From assembly GCA_030141605.1 (NCBI GenBank), contig JAQGDQ010000305.1, forward strand, positions 62,001 through 126,000: 64,000 bases of DNA, written 5' to 3'. This document shows, one piece after another, positions 41,248 through 54,589 of this stretch. Source of the stretch: Tubiluchus corallicola. Taxonomy: Eukaryota; Animalia; Priapulida. Positions within the stretch are counted from its first letter, which is position 1; each line of letters opens with the position of its first letter. The translations under genes and the position numbers were made by a program. The notes below the pieces were generated by a model that was not told where the DNA came from, did not search any database, and worked only from the letters and a program-made list of their open reading frames with translations.

Positions 41248-43502
41248 TATATATATTCAATTTGTTGAACTGCTATTTAGTCCAGTCTTAATAATGTTCT
41301 TATCCTGTTTACTATTAGTAGTATTATCTTACTTTAATTGGTCATCGGTTCCAGGACTCCGAGGGCCTATCAAAATTTAGATCCTAAGACTATAGCCTTA
41401 TTAACCTAATATTTAATCCAGAAGTATGTTTTCAATCATTAAAGTGTCGTTGGTAATAAACTTGAAAGCAAATATTGTGAATACGAGCAACGAGGTGCTG
41501 TTCAGTTTGTTAAAATTCTTAGTGACAGAATTACAGGAAATTTTAGTTTAACTAAATGAACTAATTATGATGCTTTGAACGCATCACAAATTAAATGTTT
41601 TTATCCGCATTTGTTTCCATCCTTATACACAAATTATAATGTATAGAGGTCAGATAGCTCAAGTACTAATTTTAAATTAGATTTGTAATTTCCAGCCATT
41701 ACAACTAAAACTTCTTTATGTAGTGCGTAACCATTTCTGCATTGTAATCATGTTATTAAAAGTTTCGTTAGTATTCTTAAATTGATAAAATTTCATCATG
41801 GTAATTTACATAATAATAATAATTAATAATAGTTACGACCAAGACCACGACATCAACAACCACGCCATTTGTAAATAAAAACTGCAGTCAGTTAACTGTG
41901 AAAATTATTACTCTACTTTTTTCTTGTTAGCAGGCTCCAATCAGGGCACTAGGTACCATGTTTAAAGACAGAGAACCCATGACCTCTCAGAAAAAAAGCA
42001 CACACGTTACCTATTATAAGTTAGATTATACCACCTGCTATAAATAACATCAATAAAGCTGCCATCACGATTCTTTTTCGTTGTTTGGTTTTCTCGAGCT
42101 TGGCGGAGTAATTAGTATTTCAATGTGATTACTGACTGGCTAAAAATTATTATGCCTGTAAGTTTAACAATCATAACTTTGTGCCGGGGCTACTCGGGAG
42201 GCGTATAAAGAACATTAGCAACGTGCAGAGCGCAGTTTTTTTCATAATTATCATTGCTGTTATAAATTTTTACACATGTGCTCTTCCATAGAGTAGACAA
42301 ATGCAAAATTAATGTCATGACAAAGTTTGTCGATATGTTCTTCTATTGTTATAACTAATGTCAGCTCTATTGGCCTCTCTTTCTCTTTTTCTATCGAGCC
42401 TATCTCCTGTGTGCAGTGAATTATTTATGCCTTACATTGTACAAATAACAAACGATGTATGCAAACAACAAGGCGGCCAGTATTCGTATTGATCTGATTA
42501 GTGTTGATGGGCTGAAAACACTGGCCGTGAGCGTTCATCTCGCGGGAACCATAAAGAATATAAATTAAATGATAAATTTTGACATGAAAATAATTAGTTG
42601 AAGCAGAAACAAAACCACTTTAACGAATGTCAATTAATTTTCTTTAGCTGAGCTGCCATTGTAACTTTGTTGTCATTATGAGCTCTGTGACTGCTACAGT
42701 ACACAATGGACCCCTTCTATAGAAACCTCTAATATTGTACCATTCCACTACTATGCAACTGTAGCCACCGCCACCACTACCTGAAATAGCAAAACAAAGG
42801 AACGAGAATGACAATGATAATGGCAACAACTTATTCTCAATTTCATTTTATCAAGGGTGACATTATCATAATGTAAATGTAATATAAATTTGTAATGTAA
42901 CATATAACATGATGTATAACATATAACATAATGTAATATAAATTCTTTTTTGTCATTATTCACTTTTAATCCGAAATAAGTGAATTTCGGATTATATTTG
43001 TTTTTATATTTGTTATCTCTTTTTCTAGATTATCTTTTGATGATGAGGATTTTTAGTGTCTATATGCCACCTGCTTACTGTCTGAAAGCCCTAATTATGT
43101 AAAACTAGATAAGTTTTATTAGCCTATACACAAAATAAAAAGGATCTAATGTAATACCTGTCTGTGATTACTGTCTGTAATGTATTCAGATGTTGAGAAA
43201 TTCTGTTTGTCCAGCTTGACTCTTTCAGCGTTAATCCAAAAAAGGTTTTGCAATTAATTTCTTTTGGAAGCAAAATGACGTATCACGTACTTCATTACAT
43301 GAATTATTCTAAGTCTAAGAGGTCGCCGCAATTACAACCGCTCATTCATTAATTATAATGTATTTTCTAGGAATGTACTTAGAAGCTGCTGTTCATGTAA
43401 TGAGTTGTAAAAATGAACCAAATCCCTTGGTATTACTTCGGCAAACATAAAAATTATTTTTCATTAAAGCCTAAATCTTATTTCAATTATTTTCTTTTTC
43501 AG

Positions 43503-43544
43503 TCATTGGAAAGCACGAGACGGATGCTAGCTATGTGTGATGAG
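43503..43544 (+). CDS. SNAP25: SNAP-25 coding exon 2 (SLESTRRMLAMCDE), 42 nt
   Basis: Boundaries ttttctttttcag|TCA...GAG|gtaagt; hallmark SLESTRRML motif. Confidence 0.97.
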
Positions 43545-45149
43545 GTAAGTCCATACAGTCCATGCAGTAACTAATTTACACGTGATATAAATAACTTATA
43601 CAATCATTAAGTTTCATAAGTTTCATAAGTTTTATTTAGCTTCTGGTGCTTTGTTCTGGTGAGAAGCCACTGACTGAAACACAACCGGTAACGGTCTTTC
43701 TTTGCGAAATCGTGTATTTTGTTTTATATGATTTGCTGGAGATCAAAACCAATTGAGTATTGACATAATCCTGTTTTCTCTTTTCTCTCTCACTGACTCT
43801 CACTCACTCCCCTTCTCTCTTTTTCTTTTTGGTAAATTGTAACTCATTTATTAATTCATCTTTTTATATAAATTACCTATATTACCAAGCACGTAGGGTC
43901 TTACCAAGCACCAAAAACATAAAGCATACGTATGCAAATTATTCGTTTTCTCTTTTTTTCTTTGAAGGGTGAAAATTTTTCCGTTTTTCAGGATACTTCA
44001 TATCTAATTTTTGTTCGTGATATTGCTAAAGACAGCTTCGCCTCAAGTTTCATCTTAAACCAAACAAGAATGGTTTTTCAATTTCCCGAGGGTGTTCACC
44101 TTCAAAAACCATTATCTCCATGCACGGACATAAACATGATCATTATATAGAGTTGTTTCCTTTTTTACCAATGAACGTGAATTTAAGGCAGCCTGTCAGG
44201 CGCTAATGCCTGCACTAAAACAATAATTTCGAAAATGCGTGTTCGTTGGGAAGGAAATTGAGCGAAACTGTAACTTGGAATTTTCCATTGAGCTAACCTA
44301 TTCAGTTTTATATGTACGTTTATCTAAGTACACAGAATATTAATCATCCTAGGTAGCATTCTATTATTAAATTCAGACAGTTATTTTTGTCTATTTCTGT
44401 GGTGTTTAATAAAAGGTGCTTGCAGTGTTTAATAAAAGCAGGATTATTTCTTAGTTTTTAAGTGGAAACTGAAATGCTCGTAAAATTTACTGAACTAATC
44501 CTTTGAAAGGCTTTGAAAAGCTTTACCCTTGATGCCACGTGTTTGATCAGTACTTACAGTCTTCTAAATATTATTGTTTGAAAACAAAATTACTGAAGTA
44601 ATTGCCAGGTGCACATAGATATCGTGACAGAATGAAAAAATACAAATTGCAAAATTAGTGGCGTTACAGTTTCAAAGTGAACGACAACGCTAAACAGTGC
44701 CATGGTTCGGGAACACAGACAGTCGTATTTGATTTTCATATGCAAATCTTTAGATTTTATTGTGATATTTTACGTTAACGATGTTTTCAGCCACATTTTA
44801 TTACTATCGTAATAAAGACATTAAGTTGAAAAAGAAATGACTAAACAGAATTATTGTGTGAAGCCGTAAGCGTGAGTGATTAAACTGCTAAAATGTTAAG
44901 ATCAAAGAGTTAACATTCACGTCAACGAGCCAATGATTAAGCGTGACCCGTAAATAACAAATACGAGTACATACTTTTGCTAGAGGCGGGGACACAAAAA
45001 CAACGAGCAACAACAATAGTCAGAAAACATTATTACATCAAAGCATTGCTGAAGAAATGGAGAATCAGTGATGACCTCATTATTTAGTGTGGAAACTTTG
45101 TGTGTCTCACATTGTCTGCAGCGTTAGAGGGTATGACTGGAGCGATTCG

Positions 45150-45350
45150 AAGAGATCATTGTGTTTCACAAGATCCAGCACGCAACATATCTTTCAGATG
45201 TTTCACAAACTTGCTTTTGTTATACGGTCTTGGATCATCTTATCCTCCACTCTGTCTTTCAGGACAAGCCTTCGATGGAGTTGAGGTCAGGTCATTCAAG
45301 TCGATAAGTAAGGTAATCACAGGGTTTTCTTCATTCAGTTGCTCCATTCA
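45150..45350 (-). mobile_element. Tc1/mariner transposase relic
   Basis: The minus strand encodes PDLNSIE (cf. SPDLNPIE), followed by frameshifted LKDRV. Confidence 0.5.
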
Positions 45351-46359
45351 TGCCTCTTAAGGCTGCAGGGTGGATAAGAGTGTACTTAATTACTCAGACC
45401 AGGATAGATTAGTAAAGATAAGTGCATGTATTTATTATAACAACATTTTGCACATATTACAGTCCATGAAACAGCAGGCAAGCCTTTAAAGCTTTTATGG
45501 AGTGTTGATGAAGCATAAAAAATAACTGTGAAATTACAGTAATAGCATTTGTCTCAGTTTACAAGGTAGAGTTAGTACAAATAGTTATGATAAATTTATG
45601 TACAATATTAACATTGTTAGTTATTACTAAATTTCTCGCTTCGTTCAATAGATTCCGTTGCGTAACATATCAGAATAATACTTGATCTTCAGCAAGACTA
45701 TCACGTACATTTAAGAGCAAATCTACCGAAGGTTGGTGACTTGAGGGATTGCATCTGCTGTGTACTGTTACTCTCACTAGCAGAAGATTATATTACACCC
45801 TTTACAGTAAAACAGTAAAAAAGGAACTCGGTATCCATTTAGTCATCTCGAGCATTAGTCCACTATCAGTCATTTGTCATATACGCATCCAATTATTACA
45901 GTCCATACTACGTTAGCTAAGGAGAACAAAAGAATTCTTTCTTTCAACAGTACATAAGCAATGCATTTACCATAAAACCTTGCACGTTTCTGTGCTGGTT
46001 ATTGGACATTTTATTTCCCCTAATTATTACGTTTAAGCTCTAATCATTAAGAGCTGTGTCTATTAGCTAACAGTATCAGCGAGCAAATTACTGATGGGGA
46101 ATGTATCCGAGAAAAGAGACGGTTCAAACTGTGGATAGACAGTTTAGCAGCAATTCTGCTCGCTGTTCTGTAATGCAGTCAGTAATACACTTCTCGCAAA
46201 GAAAGCGTTCTCTTTTTGTAAGTAATAAAAAAACCTCGTAATAAAAAATGAAAAGACGCGACGTTTCAGTTCACCACTATGAAATGTTTTCATTTGAAAG
46301 AAGAAATTAATAAACAAGTATGAAAATACTATTGTTCTAGAACTTTATAATAATTTTAC

Positions 46360-46740
46360 AAACGTACATACCATCCCGCCGAATAAAATCATCTGATACT
46401 AATATACTTTAGTACAGCCTAGAACTAATCTTGTTTCAGCCGGAGATAAATGCTGCCCCGCGTTTATGGAATGCGCGTTCAGATGAGGTCAAAAACTCCC
46501 GAAGTATTGCCGTTTTTAAACGTCAAATTAAAACATTTATATTCTTAGAATTTTTTAAACTTTTTGTTATTCTAATCTGTGTCTATAGAGTGTAGTAAAT
46601 TTTGTCTTGTAAGCGTTTACGTAATTGTCCTTTAAAATATGCTTAGTAGATTTTTGTGAATTTTAAGTCTTTGTACCCCAAAGAGCATTTTTATATGGAT
46701 TTTACGCATAAAAATTATTATATATTATTATTTATCATTG
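46360..46740 (+). mobile_element. L2/CR1 LINE 3' end
   Basis: YIPSRRIKSSD...PRT....AAPRLWNA...FKRQIKTFIF, followed by an AT-rich tail. Confidence 0.8.
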
Positions 46741-47099
46741 ATAAGTACAAAAAACACCGAAAAAAGATGATTTTTAGTTAATTGTTTCATTAAGACTTAT
46801 TTCTGTGATACCGAATTTTTTCATTTTATTCTTACATACGCTAGCTGCGAGCAAATGCTCAGGTACTCTAAATTATGGACGACCTCTTACGTTCAGTGCC
46901 CGTACTAGTGTCCGAGTGCACATCACGACTGGAACGTGCACAGTGGAGTCAAGACCGTGCCCTTGTTAAGACCTGCCCTCTTGCTGACGTGTTTATTTTT
47001 TATTTTAATTTTGTTTCGTACGTTTGAAAGTATATAATATTATAAAAAATTAAACACTCAGCCATACAGATTATATAAAACTTACAATAGGGACCATTT

Positions 47100-47700
47100 A
47101 AGAATATTTACATAAGCATATCGTACACATACGCACCCACAATGCACACAAGACAGATTATTAAAGTATTCGATACATAAAGACATACAATACAATAAAA
47201 ATTCCATATTTAAAAGTATTATATTTGCATTTACGTAAAGACCTTTTAACTGCGCCTTCATAGCCTCATCATCACGCAAGTCCGAAGTAAATACATAACC
47301 TAAATAATCACAAGAATTACAACATGTAAGAGGAAGGGATTAAGCCAAAATATGGGCCAAATCCAGGGTTTGCAGAAGTTGCCATTTATAAGCATGCATT
47401 TGGTCCTTGTTGTACTAAACATTATATCGTGAGAATTAGCAAAGTTCGTACAGCAGCCGAGGTTGACAAAACTCCACTCTGGTTAACAATGTTTGTTACA
47501 ATGTTTATTACTCCATGCCACCTGAACAGTTTGGTTTGGGCACCAATTTCGAGAAAACTCAGCAGCAAGCAGGGCATTCCACGCTGAACGAGAATGCTAA
47601 AGAGCAAACTGTAGGCTACCCTGTCAAATTCCTTACTGGCATCGTTTATCAAGCATCTTTCGGCTATTGGCGATTTCGTTTGTTGTCGTTCAATTACGCG
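47100..47700 (-). mobile_element. LINE reverse-transcriptase fragment
   Basis: DASKEFDRV...LF..L..RG.P, QSGVLS (cf. QGGVLSP), YLG and DD..M..Q...LY..AN motifs. Confidence 0.8.
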
Positions 47701-49000
47701 AGCAATCTCATTTTCATTAAGCTACCCCATTAGACCACGCTCATTGCGTAGCTAGCAAACTCAACCAAAATAGTAATTTATTGTGTTTTACTTTGATTAT
47801 TGGAAATATGAAGCGAACTTTGTTCATCAATTCAACTACTTCTAAGAATTTGCTTATGAGGAAATGTTTCGTACCTTGTTGGCTATTACAGAGCAGTTTC
47901 AACAGATCTTAAGTTTTTCAATAATAGTCACAGAGTTTTCTTCAAGGAATTCTCCTGTGTATTAATAAAGTAAATTTATTACACTTTGAAAGCCTCTGGT
48001 GATAAAAGTTACATGGAACAAAGGCCAATATATTTTGCAGTTTCATTGACTTTCTGTGCCATAAATATGAATGAATTTCGTGACTTGGAATCATGCCAAA
48101 GAGTATGGAGCAGAAAAATGAAAACATAAAAGAAAAAGAAACAAAACAGAAAAACAAGTGCTGCAGAAAGAATGGCGTCAATCGTTTTCAAAAGCACTTT
48201 TATTAATTGAGCATATTACAATTTAAGCGTTTTAAATCACTTGAACTTAATGCCTTATTTTTAGCTCGTCTCAGAGTCTTTATTACCATATTTTTCTCAA
48301 GCTAATCTTACATAAAACTAAAACAGCGAAAGTAACGTCTTCATTATTTCTCTTACGTTACAAAGAAGTGCGCATGCTAGTATTTGGGTTTTTGAATTTA
48401 ATTCTGTTTTGACTGGTTGCTCACCTCCGTAATCTAATGTTGTTTTTAGTATGTGTCAGTCAGCTCTTTCTATTCCTTTATTTTTAAACATTAAAACTTC
48501 GTACGCAAAACGTAAAACTACATTTGTGGATACTTCTCAACATTTTCATACAGCATAGCGCGTTTGACCATTTCACATTTCTCTTTTCTGTCTAATCTTT
48601 CCCTTTCCTTTCCTTTCCTTTCCTTTCCTTTCATTTCATTTTCCTTTCTTTACCTTTTCCTTTTCCTTCTCTTCTTTTCTTTTCATTGCTTTTCTTTTCT
48701 GTTCTTCTTTTCTTTTCATTTCGTTACGTTTCTTTTCTTTCTTTCTTTCTGTCCTTTCCTTTTCTTTTCTTTTTTTTCTTTTCTTTTCTTTTCTAATCTT
48801 TCCAGTTTCTATTCACGTCATTATTTAATATTCCTTTACGTGTTTTTCTGTTCCTAAAGAATGGAACGTTTTGCACATCCGTGTTGTTATATAAAGACTG
48901 ACTTACGCAATATTTTCATCCTTTTATTTTGCAGTTAGTTCCAGTACTGTATCATTTCATTTGCTAACCATTCAGTTTTGTTAATTAATGCTGCTCACAG

Positions 49001-49049
49001 TCTAAAGATGCAGGGATTCGTACTCTAGTTGCTCTAGATGAGCAAGGAG
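49001..49049 (+). CDS. SNAP25: SNAP-25 coding exon 3 (SKDAGIRTLVALDEQG-E), 49 nt, contains SN1 zero-layer Q
   Basis: Boundaries ctcacag|TCT...GGA G|gtaaaa; near-identical to SNAP-25 SKDAGIRTLVMLDEQGE. Confidence 0.97.
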
Positions 49050-49324
49050 GTAAAAAAGTTTTTACACACTTATTACGTTTATTAGTCATTTGTTATATGG
49101 CAAACTTCTAAAATTATTGTGAACTATACTTTTTCCATACTTTTCCTAACCCCAAGTAGCTTCTGCTGACTCAATTACAGCAATATCACACCAACAGCAG
49201 CTAGTGACGATGAAACTGTACTTGCGCTTAATCATTGTGTAGCTGCTTCTTGTTACAGTTTATTTTACCCCAAAATGCATCTATTCTTTTTTCAACCGCA
49301 ACTTATTATTGTGTGATTATATAT

Positions 49325-49810
49325 TCGATGCTGCAACTGCAGCTAATGTCACTGTTCTTGCACCTGCAATAAATCGTTAGCTTGACGCAACTGCAGCAGA
49401 TGTTACTGTTCCTGCACCTGCAGTAAATTGTTAACTTGACACAACTGCAGCAAATGTTACTGCTACCGCAGCTGCACTAGGCTGTTAGCTTGACACAATT
49501 GCAGCAAATGTCACTACTTCTGCACCTGCAATAGGTTGATAGCTAGATACGCCTGCGGCTAATTTCGCTACTACTGCGCCAGCAGTAGATTGTTAGCTTG
49601 ACATAACTGCAGTAAATGTCACTGCTCCTGCATATACAGCAGATCCAAAAACTTTATACAAATCCAGTGCAGTGTCGCCCGCTGTAGATAGTGAGCTTGA
49701 CGCAAATGCAGCAACTGTTCATGTCTTTTAGTAGGCCATGAACGTGCACACTTGCAGTAACTGTCTCCTGCACCTGCAGCAAATCCTCAACTAGACACAA
49801 ACAGCAGCTT
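49325..49810. repeat. Degenerate 54-bp tandem repeat in a SNAP-25 intron
   Basis: cttgac at 49381, 49435 and 49489; unit gcttgacgcaactgcagcagatgttactgttcctgcacctgcagtaaattgtta. Confidence 0.85.
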
Positions 49811-49989
49811 TTAATCAAGACAAATTTGAAACTATTCAGTTGTTCTTAATCCAATTTAATTTGCTACTCATAACTCAAAATAACAAGACTTTCCGGGGTA
49901 CAATTACGAAGGTTTAAAAGTTTTTATTTCTCAGCAAGTTTGCAGACGCAAGCTTTTGCAATAAAGTTTTATACGATTTTTTTCTCCAG

Positions 49990-50107
49990 AGCAATTGGAC
50001 AGGGTTGAGGAAGGCATGGACCAAATTAACCAGGACATGCGTGAAGCTGAGAAGAATTTGACTGGCATGGAAAAATGTTGCGGGATCTTCGTATGCCCCT
50101 GCATGAA
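49990..50107 (+). CDS. SNAP25: SNAP-25 coding exon 4 ([38 protein letters not shown]), 118 nt, palmitoylation Cys cluster
   Basis: Boundaries tttctccag|AG CAA...ATG AA|gtacgt; same size and content as vertebrate exon 5. Confidence 0.97.
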
Positions 50108-50911
50108 GTACGTAAGACTGTTCGATTTCTGATATGTATTTATTTCGTAATGGCCTGTATGGCCCAAGCTTTGTTTTTGACAAGAAACATAGACTAAGAT
50201 TTTTTTATTGTAGTATTATATTATATTATAGTATTTAAGAGACGCAGACATTTGATTCAAGAATTTAATATTCAAAATACATACAAATTATTACCAGTTA
50301 AATTAAAATCTAACTTTAAAGTTCACTGAGAGATCTATTTCTTTTCGATAGTTATATCGCAATTAGGATGAACCAACTTTTAAATGCAAAAATTGGAAAA
50401 ATTGGTTGTTTCATAAATAGAAAATATCTTTTTGAACAGAACTTTTCTTTGTCTTTGACACAGTAATTCAAGCTAAACTGTGATACTATAAATAACAGAA
50501 AACTGGGAACAATGCTAACATTATTAAAATCTGTCTTGTAGCCAGAGGCATAAATACAGTTATGAACACTAGGTTAGGGAAAACGTTTTAGTTTCTTACC
50601 AATTCTAATCGAAATACCCAGATGATCATTCATTGTTACTTTAAATGTCTGGTAGTTTCATCATGATAAGCTGCATTCCAGCTGCTACACTGAGACTTAT
50701 GAACACTGCTAGATTGTAAAAATATGAGTATTGAGTAGGAGTGTGGGAAAATTAAAGTTTAAATACATTGGAAAAATATTCAGTTTGCTAGCTTTAACGC
50801 CAATAATAGTCCTGGTTTAGGTATATTAAGGCGCTTAGCTTTTCGATTAAGTGTCTTAGCTAGGCGTAACAGGGCCGAACTGTAACTCATTAAATAAAAC
50901 AAGACCTAATC

Positions 50912-51195
50912 TTAAACTGTAGGTCAAAACAATCTACTCTTTAAAATATTGATAGGATATTTTCAAAAATGACTTAGGTGAAAGAATTATTATCACACAA
51001 ACACAAGTTCGTGTTTTCGCGTTCGCGTCACTAGTTCTTCGCTGTTACATGCATTTCGCCATTCGCTAGTTAGATGTGCACTAATGCCTGCATTTCAGAA
51101 ACGCATTGCACAAAAATAGGTGCTGTACTTCTCAGCACTACACGTGTTCGACAGCTCATGCGTGAGCACAACGGTAAATTTGAAATTTGAATTTT
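50912..51195 (+). mobile_element. Dispersed repeat family A, copy 3
   Basis: Aligns by eye with copies 1 and 2 over about 280 bp. Confidence 0.85.
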
Positions 51196-51399
51196 ATCCT
51201 AAAATTTGCCAAGTTAGAAATCTTCAAAGTTTAACCCTATCAAGAAGCTTTAAACTAGTTTTCCTCGACTAAGGATGAAGAGCATGTAGGATATTCAATG
51301 AAAGAAAAGGAAGCAAGCACGTTTATCTATGTGGACTACATATTTCAGAAAAATTACCCCTCAATTTGTTTCTGGAATAACGCTCGTCGATGAGAGTGA

Positions 51400-51413
51400 G
51401 TGTGAGAGAAAGA

Positions 51414-51477
<64 letters not shown>
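51400..51477. repeat. (GA)n microsatellite
   Basis: Seen directly in the sequence. Confidence 0.97.
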
Positions 51478-51479
<2 letters not shown>

Positions 51480-53884
51480 ATAGCAAAACTAAAGAACTTT
51501 TGTAGTATATTGAGGTCATTCAGTGAACACAGTCATAAAATATGTAATAATTATAATTATAATGTATCTGGCTAGCCGTCGCTGCCAGCTACATAGTATA
51601 ATGTACATACACATCCTAAAGCTAAATGTAACTGAGTTCTTAACTCCAACTCCGTGCTGTATTGAATCCACAATGAAGAGTTCAGTATTGTCAACTATGC
51701 AATTATACCCATTCACTAATAATGATTCTCGTCAGTATTAAGCTGACCCAGTTTTATCCCTGCTTCTCCTGATCGATAATTATTCGGTATTGATCGGTTC
51801 TCATCATCAACAGCAGATTAACAATGTGCGATCGGCTTTTGTACAATTACGATTCTAACTTAACGCTGACGTTTACTAAGAGATGCATATGCGGAGGGAA
51901 GTGCTGACGTATGGCAATTTTCAAGCACTTTAGCACGAGAAGACGCCGGGACTGGTGGGTAAAAACGTAATTAAGAGGAAGAGAGATAGAAACGTTGCTG
52001 TCTTTCAAAGGAATTTGTGGAAAGTGCAAGAGTAAGCTAATCGTATTCCAGACAATTTTGTTATCAAAGTTCTTTGGCCGTGTTTTTACAAAATCTTTAA
52101 CAGGAACTTGTCGATAATCATGCTAATAATGATGATTATAACTGCAATGGTTTACTTACGATAGTGCTACGATGTCATTCATTGACCGAAATTTTCGAAA
52201 GGTGCGCTGCATCAAGGGGTACTGACTTTTTCGACACACCTGGAAGTCTATCCACTTCTTTTGGTTTAGTAGAGTGAGTTTTCTCCACTTTGAGGCTCTC
52301 AGAGGTTCCTTCCTAGTTCTCATCATTTTAATCGTTCCACTGTTTAAATGCTACACCCAGACTCTGTGTGAAATTCGCACACTTTTGACCGTGAGGGGAG
52401 GAGGTAGTGCTAGCCAACTCTTAATGCGATCATTATGGAAAGATATGATGGAGGTGCAAACACACTTTTCCTTTCCACTTTAATCAGTTCCTTAACTGAA
52501 TAAGTAATTCCTTTGAGGTTCCTGATTAAGACATCAGACGGGGAGAAAATTAATAATCTGAGAGTTACATGCTCGCTTATATGTAACTGTTAGATTATTA
52601 ATTTTCTCTTCGTCTATTTGACTTGTCAAACAAATCATTACAAAAAAGCTGCGCTTGAATTCTTTTGGGCAAGCTAGAATTTATATGCAAGTTATCTATA
52701 TAATAAAGGCTTTTTGAAATTCCTTTAGCATCCTATTAAGGTATTCTAAGCAATCTTTTAGGCTTGAGACTTGCGCTATTTTTTCTCTAAAGTTAACTTA
52801 TAGTGTTTATTCGTTTATTGGCTATTATCGTTTATTAAACTTATACAAGACTATAATGAATCAGTAATAACGCTCTTTTATATCCTATAAGGGAGTTATA
52901 GTAATAATATGCCGTCTTATGGGATGACTGTAGCCCCTTAATTCTTAAGAGATATTAACAATATTAAGTGCAGCCGAGTATATTGCGCTTGAACTAGCAG
53001 TCTAATATTACCATTAACTACATTTTCTCTTGATGATTGACTAAAACATGTGAGAATAATTCGCAGAAGAACTCATTTAAGTAATGCTTCCTTTATAAAA
53101 ACTGCCCTACCATCGACTGTTCGCGAATTGTGTGCAAGAACCACAGACCCTCCCCTTCCGGTAAAATATTTGTAACAAGTCTTAAAGAAGTTCTTTTTAC
53201 ACAAATCTCCTCAACCCCAAACTAGGCAAGTGGCCATTGGAGGTGAAGGAGGAAAAGATTTATTGCTGGACTTTGATAATAAACAAAAATGTTTCTAAAT
53301 CATAAATTTCAACTCTCTTGTTACGTGTAACACCAATTATACTTAGGTTGGTGTACAGGTATAGTGTGTGTATAGGTTTAATAATGATCGGCGTAAACTA
53401 AACGTACATAATACTGGTGAAGCAGCTTTAAAAAATTAATAGATCTGTTTTCTAACAACCAAAAATAACTGTTTAGAAAATTAAAGTTTTGACGTAATAG
53501 TAGTAGTATTTCGAACAACTTCAAATTACTTCAAATTTCGCATATTTTATTAAGCTCATTTTTAATCTTTAACAAATTTCTTTCTTTTTCATCGTATTTT
53601 TGCTTCGCTTGTACCAACAACATGAAGTTTTTACGGCATTGTTGCCGCAACAGTAAATAGCTACATCACAGTTAAGTCTTACACCGAAATGGTTTAATTC
53701 ACACCATCTGGAATAGTGCAGTATAAAGCTTATTCGTCGGCTCCTGTCGACACGCTTTTTAGAGTCTTATAATAACGGCTGTTTATTAAAACCAGTTTCC
53801 AAGCAATAAAACACCTAAGTAATCCACATAAATTATCAGTAAATTGCTGCAATGTAAACAGGCTACTTAATTTGTTAATTACAG

Positions 53885-54022
53885 AGCAAAAGATATTGAG
53901 AAGAGTAAAGAATACGCTGACACATGGAAGAAAGACGACGATGGGCTTCAGTCTGGACAACCTGCTGCCCGAATTACAGACGATAGAAACGGGGTTGGAC
54001 CTATGGGAGGATATATAACCAG
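53885..54022 (+). CDS. SNAP25: SNAP-25 coding exon 5, linker (AKDIEKSKEYADTWKKDDDGLQSGQPAARITDDRNGVGPMGGYIT-R), 138 nt, GC donor
   Basis: Acceptor aattacag; linker motifs W...QPA.R...GGYI; only AG|gcaggt keeps the frame with the next exon. Confidence 0.9.
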
Positions 54023-54496
54023 GCAGGTGTCCTAAATCCCTAAGTCTATGACTGTCCTTGATGAGAATCATTATGCAGCTATCGTATCATAATGTCTCCG
54101 TTCTGTGCAAAAATTTTCAACGAAAAATAAGGTTACGTAAGGAAAAATGAACATTTGAACAAGGGAAATGAAAGATGTGCACAGACTGAACTATCAAACC
54201 GAACCTAAAGCATGCCGTGGGTATCGGTGCAGTCTGACAAAGATGGTGAGATTAATATATTGAAAGTAAGACGAACCATCTAGATGGGTCAAATTTTCTT
54301 TATCTACTTTAAATATTTTAAATGTCCTGCACCATCATGAAAAATATTAAAAATATTAAATTATTAAATATTAATAGATATTATTAAATATTTTTTAGTA
54401 CAAAACGCTAATGTTTTATGTAGTTTCGCACTCTTCAAGCGAAATCAAGCACACACAGCAGCAGGACATGCTCATTACGGATGGTTGTGGCAAGAC

Positions 54497-54589
<93 letters not shown>

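Noticed and set aside
49050-53884. Duplicated mutually exclusive Cys-cluster exon (vertebrate 5a/5b-like)
   Set aside because: No second QLDR...CC..C.PC-like exon was visible in either flanking intron by manual reading.
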